NCBI GenBank assembly: GCA_013239625.1
Contig: MU053933.1
Span: 808,001-868,000 of the forward strand
Direction: 5' to 3'
Source: Lama guanicoe
Taxonomy: Eukaryota
DNA: 60,000 bases
The notes under the pieces were generated by a model that saw nothing but the letters and a program-made list of their open reading frames with translations, searched no databases and was not told where the DNA came from. Shown in pieces: positions 29,513-44,200 of the stretch. The position numbers and the translations under genes are program-made. Each line of letters opens with the position of its first letter. Positions within the stretch are counted from its first letter, which is position 1.

Positions 29513-32167
29513 GTGAGTGCTTTGGCCCGGTGCCCCGCATGGGTGAGGGCCCCCCGGGCCGCCAGCGCCCTCGGCCCGCCCAGCTCGGTTATAGAACGCA
29601 GGTGGGTGGCCGGCCGCCCGCCACTGCCGACGTGCGGATCGGCGGTGAGGCTGAGCGCGAGCAGCGTGGAGCTGTCCGTCTTTGGTTCTGGCAGTGACAG
29701 ACGGCCTTTGGGCTCATTTGAGGTTTTCAGTGGTTTCTGGTCTACAGAAAATAATCCTGGTCGCCACAGATAAATGAGCGCTGGCGACCGGCATGGTTAT
29801 GGTGTGGCTGCGGGTGAAGTAAGCGTGTTCCTTCTGAGCTCAGTGACTGGCCTCGCGGGGCCAGAACCTTCAGAGAGAAAATGAAACCTGGACCAGGTGG
29901 ACGCAGGCCGGAACTCGCGCTCTGTTCAGCGAGCGCCTCTCCTGTCGTGCTCAGAGAGTCCGTCTCACGGGGGATTCGTGACTTGCCTTTCCGCAGAGGA
30001 AGCAGGTGGCAGGAGCGGGGTCTCAGGCCATCTGGTCTCTGACCCACAGTCTCAGTGGTTTTCCTCCCCTGCTCATCTCTGCTGCAAGGAAAAATTTTTC
30101 CTCCACCCTTTAGCTTGAATGATTGGGGGCATGTGAATTAAACTGACAAAAGACAGATTCACAAGAAAAAAGACAGAATTAAGCATGTGTGTGTGGGCGT
30201 TTATAGAAAATCGTGACTCCAAGGGACCTTAGAATTTAGGGCTTCTGTACCATCTTATATACGGGGATGAGGAGGAGGAGAGGAGGAGAAAGGCACCTTT
30301 GGGATAACAAATGACTTTTGGGAAAAGTAAACGTGCCCTTAGAATAGATGGGAGCCGGGAGAGAGTCGTGACAGTGTGGTGTGAACGCTTCTCATCCCTG
30401 TAACAAGCCTCAGCCTCTCCTGGGTGCTCCCAGGGGAGGACTTGTGACAGCTGAGCTCTTTCAGGAGGCTCTGTCTTTAGGCAGATAAGAGATCTCAGGA
30501 ACTCAAGCATCTTCTGCTCAAAATAACTTCCATGCCGCAGCGGCGTGTACTGGGCCCCTGGTCTCCGTCTGGCCAGCACGCTCGCGGCCTCCACGCCCTT
30601 TGCAGCCTCTCGGGCTGAGGCTGGTTGGGGGCGCACCCCAAGGGTCCCAACTGTGACTTCAGGTGCCTGGTTCTTTCAGAGCAGTTCGCATGTTGGCTCG
30701 TCTCCTGTCTACTGCTAATCAAGCCACGCGTGGTTAAACACTTACCTGTTATTTATGAGTGTTCATCTTTACCTTGTTTTGTAACTTCATTTAGATACAG
30801 TTTTCAAACTCACAGGAAGACAATTGTAAGAATGTTACAAAGAGCTCCTATAATCACAAATTCTTTCCCCTCTTTTCTTTTTAAGGTTGAGACCCACAGA
30901 GATAGAGCGGTGCTTCTCAAACTTTAGTGCGCATGTTTATCCACCCGAAACTCGTGGGAGTGGGGATCCTGGCTCAGTGGGTCCGGGTGGAGCCCGGGCG
31001 CTGCGTTTCCTGGGTGATGCAGACCACGCTCTGGGTAGCAAGGAAATGGTCTTCATCTTCGTTCTGTTCCAGCTCCGCCTCAGACTTGCTCTCTGACTTT
31101 TAGAAGTGACAACCTTTCTTGATCTCAGCTTCCTTAGAAGAGAATTGCCTTTAACATTCCTGCATGGAACACTTTTCACGTTTTTCTGCCCAGCGTGCAT
31201 TGCCCCTTCCTCACAGCACTTTGGTCCCCTTCAGGGAACTGACTCCCCACCTTTGTGCGCAGTTGTGGTCGGCGGGTGGGGTCTCCGGATTTTCCAACCA
31301 TCACAGCAGCGATGGAGGCCCTCCAGGCTCCTTTCCCGTGGCCTGCCTCCACAGCCCAGGTCCAGCAGGAGTGGGAGAGGACCCACGGTGGGCTGCTGGC
31401 CTCTCTCCTGGGACTCCGAATCTTGAGTAGCGTGAGCCTAGAGCAGAGGAAATGCGTCCCGCCCAGCCCGGGGCCTGGGCTCAGCTGGCAGACCAACGTA
31501 CACACACACACATTTTTTTCCTGAACCATCTGAGAGCAAGTTACAGGCATTATGCTGTTTTATTTCTAAACACTTCAGTGTGAGTTTCCTGTGAACGAGA
31601 CACTCTCCTATAACTGCTCACAAAGGGCAAAATCAGGACGTTTAGTGCTGATATAATGTTATTATCTAATCAGTAGTCCATATTCAACTATTTGTGTCAA
31701 ATGCTCAATAATGTCTTTTGTAGAGTTTATTCCTGGCACAGGAGCTAGTCCAGCATCTCACGTTGCATTTAGTTGTTCTGTGGGTTTAGTCTCCTTTCAA
31801 CTGGAACTGTTTCTCAGCCTTTCTTTGTCTTCCAGGAGCTTGCCGCTTTTGAAGGATAAAGCCATTTATTTTATAGACTGTCCCTTGTTTTGGGTGTGTC
31901 TGGTATTTCCTCATGGTTAGATTCAAATTATGCATTTTGTCAGAAATATGACAGAAAGGTGACAGCTTCTCACTGATGGTGATGAGGTTACAGAAATTGA
32001 TGGTGGAGGGACGGGGTGAATCATGTGGTGTTGGACTGGAGTGAAAGGTATCAAGAAGACCTGGAGAGAGAGTAGAGGGAGAAATACATGTGGCTGTGGG
32101 TGTGTGGGTGTGTATGTGGCGGGCACATGTGTATATTGGAGGGTGTGTGTTGTGTATGTATTGGGGG

Positions 32168-32201
<34 letters not shown>

Positions 32202-35200
32202 TTGAAATGCCCTCTTTCTGCCCTGCTGAGAGGCCCTGGGAGCAGCAACACCCCAGCAGCACTGAGCACACTTGGTGTTGGATCTTGGTTTCTATGTACC
32301 ATTTCCCACTGAAGGATCCAGGCAGGCATCCTTGGATACTGGGATGATGTCAGCACTGGGGCTGTTTCCTTGGGGCTCATAGGGAAAGTGAGATGAGCCT
32401 GGAATATCTTGTGCCAGAAAATAAGGAAGTACTTAAAAATGAATGGGCCCCCACTGGCCAAATTGAGGATGAGACTTTAAATAAATGATCCGAGTAATGG
32501 ATTATAGCCCATTGAATAAAACAAGAATCTAGTGAGTCCCTGCTGCTATACCTAAATTAATGCACAAATGGGAGGAAGGAAGCTCTTTCCCAAGGTAGAA
32601 TTCCAGCCCCTAAGTGGAGCAGGAGTGTCCAGCTTGGGACACCGCCATCTGTGACCATCAGGCATGCTTGGTTTAGGCAAAGGTCATCAGTGGACACACA
32701 CCATTGGGAGAACGTTGGAGGAATAGGATGTCTGTTCTCCAAGTATGTTCCCACAAATTCCTTGTTAACTGCTAGAGGGAAGAATGGTGGCTTCACTGAG
32801 GGGAGATGTGGCAGAGAACCCCTGAACCAAGCAGTCAGTGCTAACTCACTGACACCATGGCCCTCCTCTGGGGTGCTCTGAAGGGGCTCGTGTCACAGGG
32901 TGTGTGGTTTCATTGTTCCTAAATTAAGGATTTTTTTTTTTACTAACTTCTGTGCCAAGTTATGCTGTTCAGTAACTGTCCTCTAAAGCAATTTTTTACT
33001 TCTTATTTCCATGTGACTGAGAGAAATAATATTCAGATAAGGAAGCGGATATTGTCCCTTGAGTCTCCTAGCCGGGAGTGGGCTGCTGTCTGTCTGGGAA
33101 TGAGTGTGTCACTCAGGAACATTTCTCCGGAGGCTGTGAAGGGGCATTGCTGAGACGGGCTTTTTTGCTAGAAACGTGGGGTTAACCCAAACACTATTCT
33201 TGTAGTATTTGTAGATACAGAGAATGCTACCTATTGTTAGACATAACTGCATAAGGTGATGGAAACTGATGAAGGAAAAGATTAAATAATTCATTTTTAA
33301 TTTTACTTGCTTAATATTCACAAGTTTAATGTAACACAAGACAAAAAGTAAAATACTGGATTACATGAGTTTCCTAGGACTGCTATAGCAAAGTCCACAA
33401 ACTGGTGGCTTAAAACAGCAGGAATTCGTTTTCTCGTGGTTCTGGAAGGTGGAAGTGTGAGGTCAGGGGTCAGCAGGGCCTGCTCCCACAGAATGCCTGA
33501 GGGAAGAGCACCTCTTGCCTCGCCCCGTGTCTGGCGGCTGCTGGCGGTGCTCAGCCTTCCTCGTCTTGCTCTGCCCCCGCCATCACATGGCCTTCCTCCC
33601 TGTCTGCCTCCGTGTCTCCCTGTGGCGTGCGATAAGGACCTCTAACTGGATTCAGGATCCCGGTGGATCTGAGGTCACACATGAGTTAAATATGACCTCA
33701 GACTAACTAATTACATCTGCAAGACCCTGTTTCCAAATACAGTCACGTTCTAAAGTTTATGGCGGATGTTAATTTTGGGAAACGGTATTCACCCCAGTAC
33801 AAGACAGATAAAAGGAAACAAATACCCAAAATCCTTGCTTCATAAGTGATAAAGGAAGAAAGCAGATGAGAACAGAATTACAAAGTGGGAAAGGCCTCAG
33901 GAGGGTGTTTGGGACTTTCCTCTTCATGAACCAGGATAATCCCACACAAGTGAGATGTCTGTGCGCTCTCCAGTGCAGACGTGTCGACGCGGCCACCAGG
34001 AGGGCGCCAGCCCGACAGCATGGCTCTGTGGTTTAAAGTGACCAGCGTGTAGACCTTGTGGAAGGGAAAACTCAACCTCTAGCGGCTGGCTCCTCCTCTC
34101 TCCCCAAGTCCTACGTAATAAGACAGGGAGAGTGAGGGAGGAAGGATGGATTTGGAAATAGAGGACGCAGAGCTGGCCTGACACTGGCTTCCACTTTCGC
34201 AGCCACGGGTCCTATCTCTAGGAAGATTCCAGGCTGCAGTGTGGGTTGACCCCTTGCCCTGCTTCTGCAGAACAGCCTCCCTCAGGGAGCCCTGCTGACA
34301 GGCAGCTGGGTGCTCTTCTTCATCAAGGGGTTTCACTTCCACACGAAACTGACCAGAATATGTCCAGAGGCAGGTGTTCCGCTCCGTGGCCCTCAGTGTC
34401 CTGGGGCATCCATGGTGTGTGCTTCAGCTCGGCCTCCCCCTGTCAGGAGCAGGTGTGGGGACTGCTTCCGCTTCCGCCCCGCGGGCTCTGTGCGGGTGAG
34501 CGCCGCGTGCAGGCCCAGCCATGGGGAAGGGGACAGAGGCCCAGGGGCGGCTGCTCGGCCCCGGTGACCCTGACAGCCCTGACAGCCTCGGGATGCAGGT
34601 GTGCTAGGGCCCCAGGGCTCTTCAGACTTACCTAGGCACACAGAGGAGCTCTTTATTTCTGGGTTTATTTATCCTATTTAATAAGTATATTAAAAATACT
34701 TAATAAAACTAGAATGTTCATCAATGGAATATTCTGTTTATGTCTGGGTAGAGTGGAGACCATGAACCCAAGGGCCATTTACTTATTTATTTTTTAGGTT
34801 TATTTATTATTTATTTATTCATTCATTCATTCATTTATAGTTTTAAGGGAGGTCCTGGGGACTGAACCCGGGACCTCGTGCATGCTAAGCACGCACTCGA
34901 CCCCTGAGCACCACCTCCCGCCCCGCCCCGCTCTGCTCCAGGCCCGTTTAAGTAGAGACACCCTCTCAAAACCCTGCCTAGCCGGGTGGTCATGGAATTC
35001 AGGTTCTCCTGGTCGATAACACACCTGTGGACTGGCAGCACCCCGCATCCTTGCAGGCGCTAGGTTCTTTCCTTGGACTGATCTGGGAGGGGCTGGAGGT
35101 GACCAGTCAGAGAGCTGTTCCATTCTTCCTGTGGGGATGGGAGATGGGAACTCTGCACCCAGGTGGGTCCTCCATGAGCCCTAGCAAGGAGGGGGGAAGT

Positions 35201-38200
35201 GACCCTGCATCTGGCTGTGGGCTGGGAATCTGGACATTGAAAGCTCAGTGGCCCAGGGTCTTCCTAAGGTGGCGCACAGGAGCAGTGAGTGGAGTAACAG
35301 GGCGCTTCAAGCCCAGAGCCAGAGCCCCGCCCCTGCAAAGGGAGGGTTTTCAGAGCGTGAGGATGAAGGCCTGGGTTCCAGTGACAGACCCGCTGCGCCT
35401 GCATGAACTCTGCTCTCTGAGAAGGGGGAGACACATTTTTTAATAGTTGCACTTTGTTTCCTAACTGTTCATGGGCTTGGGCTGAATCACAAAGAATCCT
35501 AGAAAAGCCATCAGTAAATTTCCCCGATGAAGAAGAGAGCACGGGGGTGCGTTTCCTTATTCACTTAGCAGGCGCTCACCGAGAGCCGGGCAACCTGTGA
35601 GGGGTTTCCTTTCGCTCAGTGCAGCTGCTGCCGCGATGGTAGGTTTGAGTCCCAACCCTTTTTTCCCACCTGAAATATGACCTTTTTTTTTTTTAATCTG
35701 GAAATATTTGACTCCTACCTTTTCTGGTGGCCAGAGAGGCAGACACCTGTAGGAGCTGCCTTTGAGAAGTGAATCACAACATTGAAAATGTGGGCAGAAG
35801 ACAGGAGGAAGGGTCCCTCCTCGTCAGGGCCTTAGAATGAGCCGATCCGGGGACCTGGCTCCTCGTACAGCGAGGGCGATGCCTCCATCCGGTCCCCCGG
35901 CGCTGCCCCTGCTGTGGGTAATTATCCATTTCAGCCAGTGTGCAGTTCGAGAGTCACTGGCCTTTCTGGGCCAGAGCAGGCTGGGTTCCTCAGGGTTGGA
36001 GGCTGGGCCCCAGGACACAGAGGGCCTGCCTTCCTGGTGGGAGCCCCTTGTCGTGATCTCTGGCCAAATCCTTTTCCTCCTGATCTGTTTTCTTCCCCTA
36101 AGGATTGTTTTTCTATGGAGTGATTCACACGTTTAGACTGGAACAAACTTTTATCTTCTTACTAAAGTGGCCTCTTTTCTGGAGTCTCCCATACATCTCA
36201 GCACTTCTGTCTGAGCTGCTTTCCGCATACACCGAGAAGGGCAGCAGGGCTTCGGGCAGGACTTTTTATGTCAGTGGCCTTATTCATGGCTTGTCAACAT
36301 CACTGAGTTGTTCTCACTGAGGTCAGTGAAATGTTTATACTTCTGCCTGGCTTGTGTCCTTCTAGAAAGTTGCACAGAAGCTAAAAAGTAAAAAATAAAT
36401 ATGATCTTAAATGCCCGGGATAAAGGCATCTGAGTCACTTGCAGTTAATTTTGTTATAAACCAAATAATCATTCCTTTTTGTCTGCTTTGTAAACACGTG
36501 TACATCTGTGTCCCAAATTTCTCTCTGATTAGATTTTTCTGTGAATATTTAAATAGTTTGAGTTTGGACAAAGTAAAAGTGGCACATTTCTAAAATATAA
36601 TATTGTAATAGTATTATAAATAAGATTGATACTTGATACAGAATTGAATAAATAACATACAGCATAAGGAAATGTAAGAATATTGTGCAATGTATTCTTA
36701 ATGCATCTTATGTTATTTTATGTCATCCCCTGCCACTGTTTTGTGTTTCAGGTACAGAGCCTTCATTTTTATTCTGACGTTTTTGCTGTATGCAAGTTTT
36801 CACTTATCTCGAAAGCCCATCAGCATCGTCAAGGTAAGAAGCCGTTGTCAGCACTCGATTTCGTTTCCTGCCTGGAATGCTGTGAGGAGCTGGTTACTCA
36901 GAGCCAGTCTGGGGCGAGGGGAGGGTGGGGGCAGAGTAAGAAGATGAGTGGAGAAAATGGATTGTTGAGAAGCAAGTTAGTTTGCTGCTCTGGTTTTTAG
37001 TTTCTCTTTTCTGAAATTAAAATCTTTAAAATGTTTTTAGGACTTGTAATTTCAGAAGTAGTATATTTTCAGTTATATTAGTTGACGGTTCCAGAATTTT
37101 GAAGCTTAATTAAATATTTATTCTGTCTTGCGTGAATTTTCCCTCCAAACAGATCTGATCTAAAATTGTTCCCCAAATTGCCCCTGTGATCATTTGGATT
37201 TGATCACAAGTCTGGCATCGTGGTGGTTCTCCGTTATTCTTGGAGCACTGCGTTTCTGTTTGAGTGATGGGTGGGCAGGAAGTTGTTAAGCAGGCATTTA
37301 ACTAGACTTTGAGAAAAGAAGATTAAAGTAGACAATCCTACGTAAGAGCCAGTTATAACTCTGGGAAAAGCAGGAGCGTTTCCTTGCCCTCCCCGGAACC
37401 GCATCAGTCTGCCTGCGGACTGTCACCGGGCTGGCATGGCTTTTGACTCTTGCTATAGGAGGGACACAGAAGTTGACCGGTGCCAGAGATAGTTCCCTGA
37501 CGGCTCGATCGCGCCCTCACCTTCTGCGCATCGGCAGGGACACGGTCCGGGGCTGCAGTTCTGTTGGCCTTTGTGGTCGTGCCCCCCGCTGCTCCCGGGA
37601 GCTGAGAGCCGCTGCCCTGGCCGCTCCATATGCCCCTCTCTCCAGTGACTCCCGGTGGATGTGGGGCACGGGGTCCTGGAGCTCCTCCCTGGCCCCTAGG
37701 AAGCAGGGATTTCCCCTGCACTTTAAGTCACTTCCAAAATTCTTGCTTTTTTTTGACATACCGAGTTTTAATAACTATGGAGAGGTTTGCAGACCTTTTA
37801 AAATGTTGTTTTCAAAAGAGAAAAGGATGGAACAGGAGTTGGTGGGCCTTACTCCACTCAACCAGTGGCTCCAAAGTCAGTGCCGAGGACCAGCCAGCCA
37901 CGGTGACTTCAGATACGCCTGTTTCCCGTCTTCCTGGGGGAAGTAAACACACGGCTGAGAAAGGGCGAAGCCCGCTGAAGGGGCCTAGTGGGTGCCGTGG
38001 ACTGAAGGAGCACGAGCGGCCGGGGAGCCCTCCCGAGCTTCCCTGAAAGGCTGCGCTGGGGTCCTGGGGCCAGTGCCTGGAGCGCTAGGTGGAGGCCGGG
38101 GCGTCACCTCCCAGCGCCTCCGGACCAGCCGAGGTCTGTGCTGGGACCCAGGCGGGCTGAGGGTCTCAGCGGCAGCCCGGGGCATGTGGGTTCCTTCCAG

Positions 38201-41200
38201 ATGTGGGGGTCCCCAGGTCTCCATTCTGCCCGAAAGTGATGCAGCACCGTCCCAGGCTCCAGGCTCCCCTGCTGGGGGCTTGGGGCTTACTGACGCGGGG
38301 CCTCATGGCCAGCTCTCTGTCAAATTTTCGTCAGTCACAGTGTCTGCTGCTGATGGAGCCCTGCAGCCTGGCAGGGTGCACGCATTCCTCATTTGAGATA
38401 ATTGCCACCGTGGGTCTGAGTGTTCCGGTGAGGACACTGAGACTCAGGGCCCCTTCGGGTGAATTCCACGTGGGCGGGCTGACTCCAGGGTTCTCAGGAC
38501 CTCTCTGCCACAAGGTCCCCGGAGCGTTTAAACACCTGAGCGCATTCACAGCGTCACACCCAGGTCCCCTTCGACACGCAAGTGGTCTGGCTTTGCACCT
38601 TAGCTGTGCCTGGATGTGGAGCAGCCTCATGCAGGGTCCGTGGTCATCTTTGCCTTTTGAGGGAGGACATCACACTGCACACGAGCACTTAAACTGTGCA
38701 ATGCCTGACAGGCTTTCCCGGCTTTGTTTAGCTCATCTTATTTATAAACTAGAGGTAGTAATGGTTCTGTGACTCAGGGAACAGTTTGAATTCTCTCTAG
38801 CCTAAATTAGCACATTATAAGCAAAACAAAGTTAAAATATATTTGCTTACTTGGAATTGACCACCAGGGGTTGTGAATTACAGAATGATTCACATTCTTT
38901 AATGTTACTCATAGTGACGTGACGTGTCATGACAGCGTCAGGCTTCTCTGTTTAGACTTACCTGCAGTCTCCACTGATGCCTTTCCTGTTTTTCTGGTTT
39001 TAGTAGAGCAAGAAGGAAAAACAGGTGATGATGATGGAAACAGGGCTGGGAGAGGTGGTGTAGCAAATGCGCTTTCCTCTTTTCCAGGAGCTGCTCCAGC
39101 TCTGGCCCTGGCTCCCAGCTGGAGGCTGGCAGACAGGTGTGGCCTGCCCGTGCCCAGGGGACACTCTGGGGGCGCCCCAAGCCCCAGCTGGGCCAGAACA
39201 AAGTCCTGAAAGCAGGGGTTCTCAGGGAGGGCCTGAGCTGCAGGGAGCCCTGTTCCCTGAGGGGAGTGGTGGCCTGACTGGTCTGAATATGAGTGCCCAG
39301 CCCTCTGCACACAGAGGACTCCAGAAGAAAGCTGTAAGATCCTCGGTGGCAGACAGAAGACGAGGCCTGGAAGCCTGGAAGTGCATACCAGGGCTCTGCG
39401 TGGGAAACCTGCTATCTGGAAAGTTCCACCGTTCCCCGTGTTAGTATTTAAACAGGATGCAACTCCAGTGAAAATCTCAGCAGTGTCTTTTTTAATTGAA
39501 TAAAATAATCTTACAGTTTATATGAAAGGACGCCCAAGAGTTAATTACCAAGGAAAATGCGGAAAAGGCAACCTTTTTAAAGTCACTGTAATCAAATTAT
39601 TATGGTGTTGCGTGAGACTAGACACAGAGGAGGTCAGCAGAATAGTACAGAAAATCCTGCAGAAACATACGGTGGAGTGGTCGACAGGTGATGGACAAGC
39701 ACAGGTCATTTCATAAATGGTGTTGACGCAACTGGTTATTCACCTGGAAGAAATAGAGTTGAATCCCTATCTTATAAAAATGGATGGGTTAAAGATTCAG
39801 ATGTAAAAAATTAAAAGTGAAAATACAAAAACAAAATTATGTCCATCTTAGGGGCATGAGGTTGGGAAAACCCAAAGGAGTGATGGACAGAGGGGAGGAA
39901 GAGGCAGTTCACAGACAAGGGATCTGAATTTCCAAGAACCATGAGAAGTGCATGCAAGCTTGCAAGTGCAAATTAAAGTAACAATACATCACTTTACACC
40001 CACAATCTGGCAAAACATCAAGAGAGTAACGGCCCCTGTTGCTGGCACTGATGGAGGGAGAAGACTTTCCGGCATTGGTGATGGAAATGTAGTGTTACAG
40101 CCTTTCGGAAAGCGTTCTGGGTAACACCTAATTGAAATTAAAAATGCTTGTCCTTCATTCCTGCATCTGGGAACTTTGCCCATAAAAATAAAGGCGCCAG
40201 CACTTCGGGGTATCTGCATAGGCACCTTTATTGCAGCATCATTCACAATTTTTTTTAAAAAGGGGAAAAAAAGCCTGGCTACTATGTGAACTTAACCAGC
40301 AGGTGAAAGTTTGCATGGACCGTGTGGCACAGCCATATTCCGCGGTGTAACTGCTTCAAGGAATGGGTCAGAGCCAAAGCAGTGGCCTCAGAACGAGTCC
40401 CAGGAGGTGTTTTGAGTCAGAAGAGCTACGGTGTGCATCAGTCCACGTAGAAGGGTTCCATTTGTGAAAAACAGACAGTGACCAGAAAGCTTCCCTTGAG
40501 CTTCCTGCACCTTTGTGAGTGGGTGTGTGCTCACACATGCGTATGTGTGCTTGGTCCCCTTGTGCGTGGTGCCTGTGATTCACTCAGGTGAGCTGACCAC
40601 CTCCGGGTGCTGTTGTAAACAGGCACAGCTTGCCTGGCCTTCCTGCTCCGAGCACTGTCGCCGTCCACTCGAGCTGCTGTAACGAAGTGCCGCAGACTGG
40701 ATGGCTATAAACAGCAGGAATCAACCCCTCACAGTTCTGAAGGCTGGACGCCCCGATCAGGGTGCCGCACTGCCGGTTTCTCGTGAGGGCCCCCTTCCAG
40801 CTTGCAGATGGCTGTGTCCTTGTGTCTTCAGATAGTGGGAGGTTGAGGGGGTCCTCTGGGGTCCCTTTAAAATCCCATTCACGGGAGCTCCACCCTTCTG
40901 ACCTCATCACCTTGTAAAGACCCCAGCTCCTAACACCATTACCTTAGCGGTTAGGTTTCAACATACAAATTGGTGGAGCACCGACACTCAGACCATAGCG
41001 GGCGCCCAACTTTCATTTCTCTTCTGGGGCTCCTTTTGGATGGTGTGTTCTTTGCAGAGTTCTTTTAGCCCAGAGCTTTGTTAAAGGACTAGTTAAAGTG
41101 AATGAGTCCACACAACCCGATGAGCCACCGGCAGTTTACTGACCATATGCACTCCGTGTGGACCACGTACACACTCGTGTCCACACACATGCACGTGTGT

Positions 41201-44200
41201 ATGTGCACACCCCAAGCTGGACGTGTCATCTAAAGGTGGAGTTGACAGACCCCATCTCCTCCGGGGGAGCTGATGTGGCCCCAAACCCCCGCTCTGGCCG
41301 CCCTGCCCTTCATCGTCACCTCTCCGTGTCTTCTGGACCCTTCCTGACTCCCCAGTTACAGACACTGAGCAGCCTCCCTGTACCCTTGGCCAGAGAACCC
41401 AGGAGCTGTCCAACCCATATTTCTGGAATGAATGAGTGAAAGGGTTTCTCAGTGTAAAGTTGCTCAAGTTCAGAGTTTGGAGAGTGGAGTCTTCCTTAAA
41501 TGTACATTTACATAAGAAATACCTGTCCCTGAATGGCTGCAGGGGCCTGTGCAAGCGTGGAACTTCCAGAGAGCACTTCTGCTGCAAGGCCAGCCAGTGC
41601 CCGAGGCAACGCCCCCTGCTGCGTGGAGCTGGGCCGCGGCTGGGTGGGAGAGGGGGCCTGGGGGCAGGCCAGGAGCGCGGCACCCGTCGCCCACTGTGGG
41701 CCGCCCTCCCCTGCAAGCACCTTGCTTGTCCGTCTGGGCTGTTTTCTGTGATCCTCCGTCACGCTGACACCTGCCTTCTCTCATCCCACCCTCACCTTCC
41801 CGTCGCTCCGGTGTTTCGCAGTCTGTTTTGTTGTTGCTGTTTCGTTGTGTGTTACACAGACAATTTTTATATCAAGTATTCTTTTTTATTGCATATATAT
41901 TTTTTATTGAAGTATGGTCAGTTCACAATGTTGTGTCAATTTCTGGTGCACAGCATAATGCTTCAGTCATGCATGAACACACATATATTTGTTTTCACAT
42001 TCTTTTTCACCATAAGTTACTATAAGATATTGAATATAGTTCCCTGTGCTATACTGTATGAATGTGCTGTTTATCTGTTTTATATCTATTAGTTAGTATC
42101 TGCAAATCTTCACTTCCCAATTTATCCCTTCCCACCCCCTTTCCTCCTGGTAACCATAAGTTTCTTTTCTGTGAGTCTGTGAGTCTGTTTCTGTTCTGTA
42201 AATAAGGTCATTTGTCTTTTTTTTTTTTAGATTCCACATAGAAGTGATATCATATGGTATTTTTCTTTCTCTTTCTGGCTTACTTCACTTAGAATGACAA
42301 TCTCCAGGTCCATGCATGTTGTTGCAAATGGCATTATTTTATTCTTTTTTATGACTGAGTAGAATTTCATTGTATAAATATACCACAACTTCTTATCCAG
42401 TCATCTGGCGATGGGCATTTATGTTGTTCCATGTCTTGGCTGTTGTAAATAGTGTAGGAATGTAGTTTGGTGCAAACATTATGAAAAACAGTATGGAGAT
42501 TCTTCAAAAAACTAAAAATAGACTCACCACATGATCCAGTAATCCCACTCCTGGGCATGTATCCAGAGGGAACTCTAATTCAAAAAGATCCACGCACCCC
42601 AGTGCTCACAGACGTTCTTAGATGGTGATGAGCAGCCTGGGCCCCGAGGCGCCATCCTGCCGCCCTCCTCTGGCATTTCATACCTGTGTCCCTCAGCTGC
42701 CATGTAGTCTTTTGACTGACCGACTTTCAGTAACTGCCTAGTGTGACTTGATTACTTTTATATATTACCCGTTGAAAGACATATGTGTAAAACCTTTGCA
42801 AAGGAGACGGCTTTTATGAAAGCAGAGAACTAGCTCCCCCCAAATGACTTTGTAGCATGGTGAGAATTAGTTCACCTGGTGAGTCTTTTTCTGATAAACT
42901 AAGTTTATCTTAGTTTAGTTAATCGTTAATTTTCCTGCAAACACCAGGTTTAGGGAATAAAACTCATTGAAATATTAAGATGCAGCAATATTATTAAAAA
43001 CTGACACGGCTGAACAGCCACAGAGCTCTTCATGCCTGTGTCACGTCCACTCTTTTGGTGCTCTTGCTGCGGCCTGTCAGTAGCGCAGGCTGGGTGGAAA
43101 CGGCATTTCCAGTAGAGAAAGGAGGGCTGGGGGAGAAGGGGGCTCGCTGCGGGGGCCAAGGCGTGGCTGTGGGGCCCCACGCTTACAGCTGCGGAGCCCT
43201 GTGAGGGCCGAGGACCCAGGACAGCGCTCCACACACGCGTGGCTCAGCCGGGCGGTGCTGGCCTCACAGTAGTCAGTCCGGGGCTCGCACGACCTGGCCC
43301 GGGTTGGAGGCCAGCACGGCAGCCCTAGCACCCAGCTCAGAGCGTGTGTCCCCAACCAGCACGTCTCACCACAGGGCAGACCGAAACAGAATACCTCTTC
43401 TGCTTCTTTATGAAATAAGAAGGGATCATTTCTAGTCCCGTATGTCCTATGGATGGTGAAAGAGGAGGTGGAAATGCCAGTCGGAGCAGCATCCACAGCG
43501 GTCCTGTTCCCGGCTTCCATGCATGGCATGCATTAGGAACCCCGCGTCAGCCCTGCCTGCGGGTCCCTCTCAGCTGCAAGGGCTGCCTGTGGCTTTCTTA
43601 GGGAAAGGTGAATGGCCAGCTGCAGTGAAGCTCCGGGCCTGGCCCAGTCGGCTTCCATGAGAAGCAGCAGGGAGAGGTGGGTGGAAACCTCTGACCTCTG
43701 AAGGCAGAGGAGAAAATTATATTATCAGGTGGGTGGGGAAATGCCAGCTTTCTGCAGGAAGGAAGGACTGCAGCCCCCCCGCCCAGGTCCCCACCTCAAG
43801 TTCACAGTCGCAGCCTTCAGTTCTCACGTGCAGCCTGGGTGAGACCACCGAGCACAGGCAGGAACGGGGAAGGGGCTCCGAGTCACCCAAGGTGACGCCA
43901 CCCGGCTTCCACCGCTGGGGAGCTGAGCTCCACTGAGGAAAGCTATTTTGCAAAGTGTTACTTTGAGTTTGGAAAGCGGAACCCTTGGCTGGTTTTTAGG
44001 GCAATGTTTGAATTATAGCAGAACAGCCCAGTGATGACTTTGAAGCCACATGACCACAGAGCAGCTGAGCCCTGTGTGCCGGGCCAGGTCTCAGGGGCCT
44101 CTGTCCGTGTAGAACCCGGGGGCGTCCAGTCCCGGCTGACCATGGCCCCGGCAAGGCAGCCTTTTAAAGGAGATCAGCCTCTTTGGTGACTCTCTCCTGA

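Noticed and set aside
33990..34010. CTCF-like GGCCACCAGGAGGGCGCC
   Set aside because: One extra base inside the core breaks the consensus spacing
41436..42092. 218-aa ORF with hydrophobic C-terminus
   Set aside because: Runs into antisense L1 3'UTR; no splice or homology support
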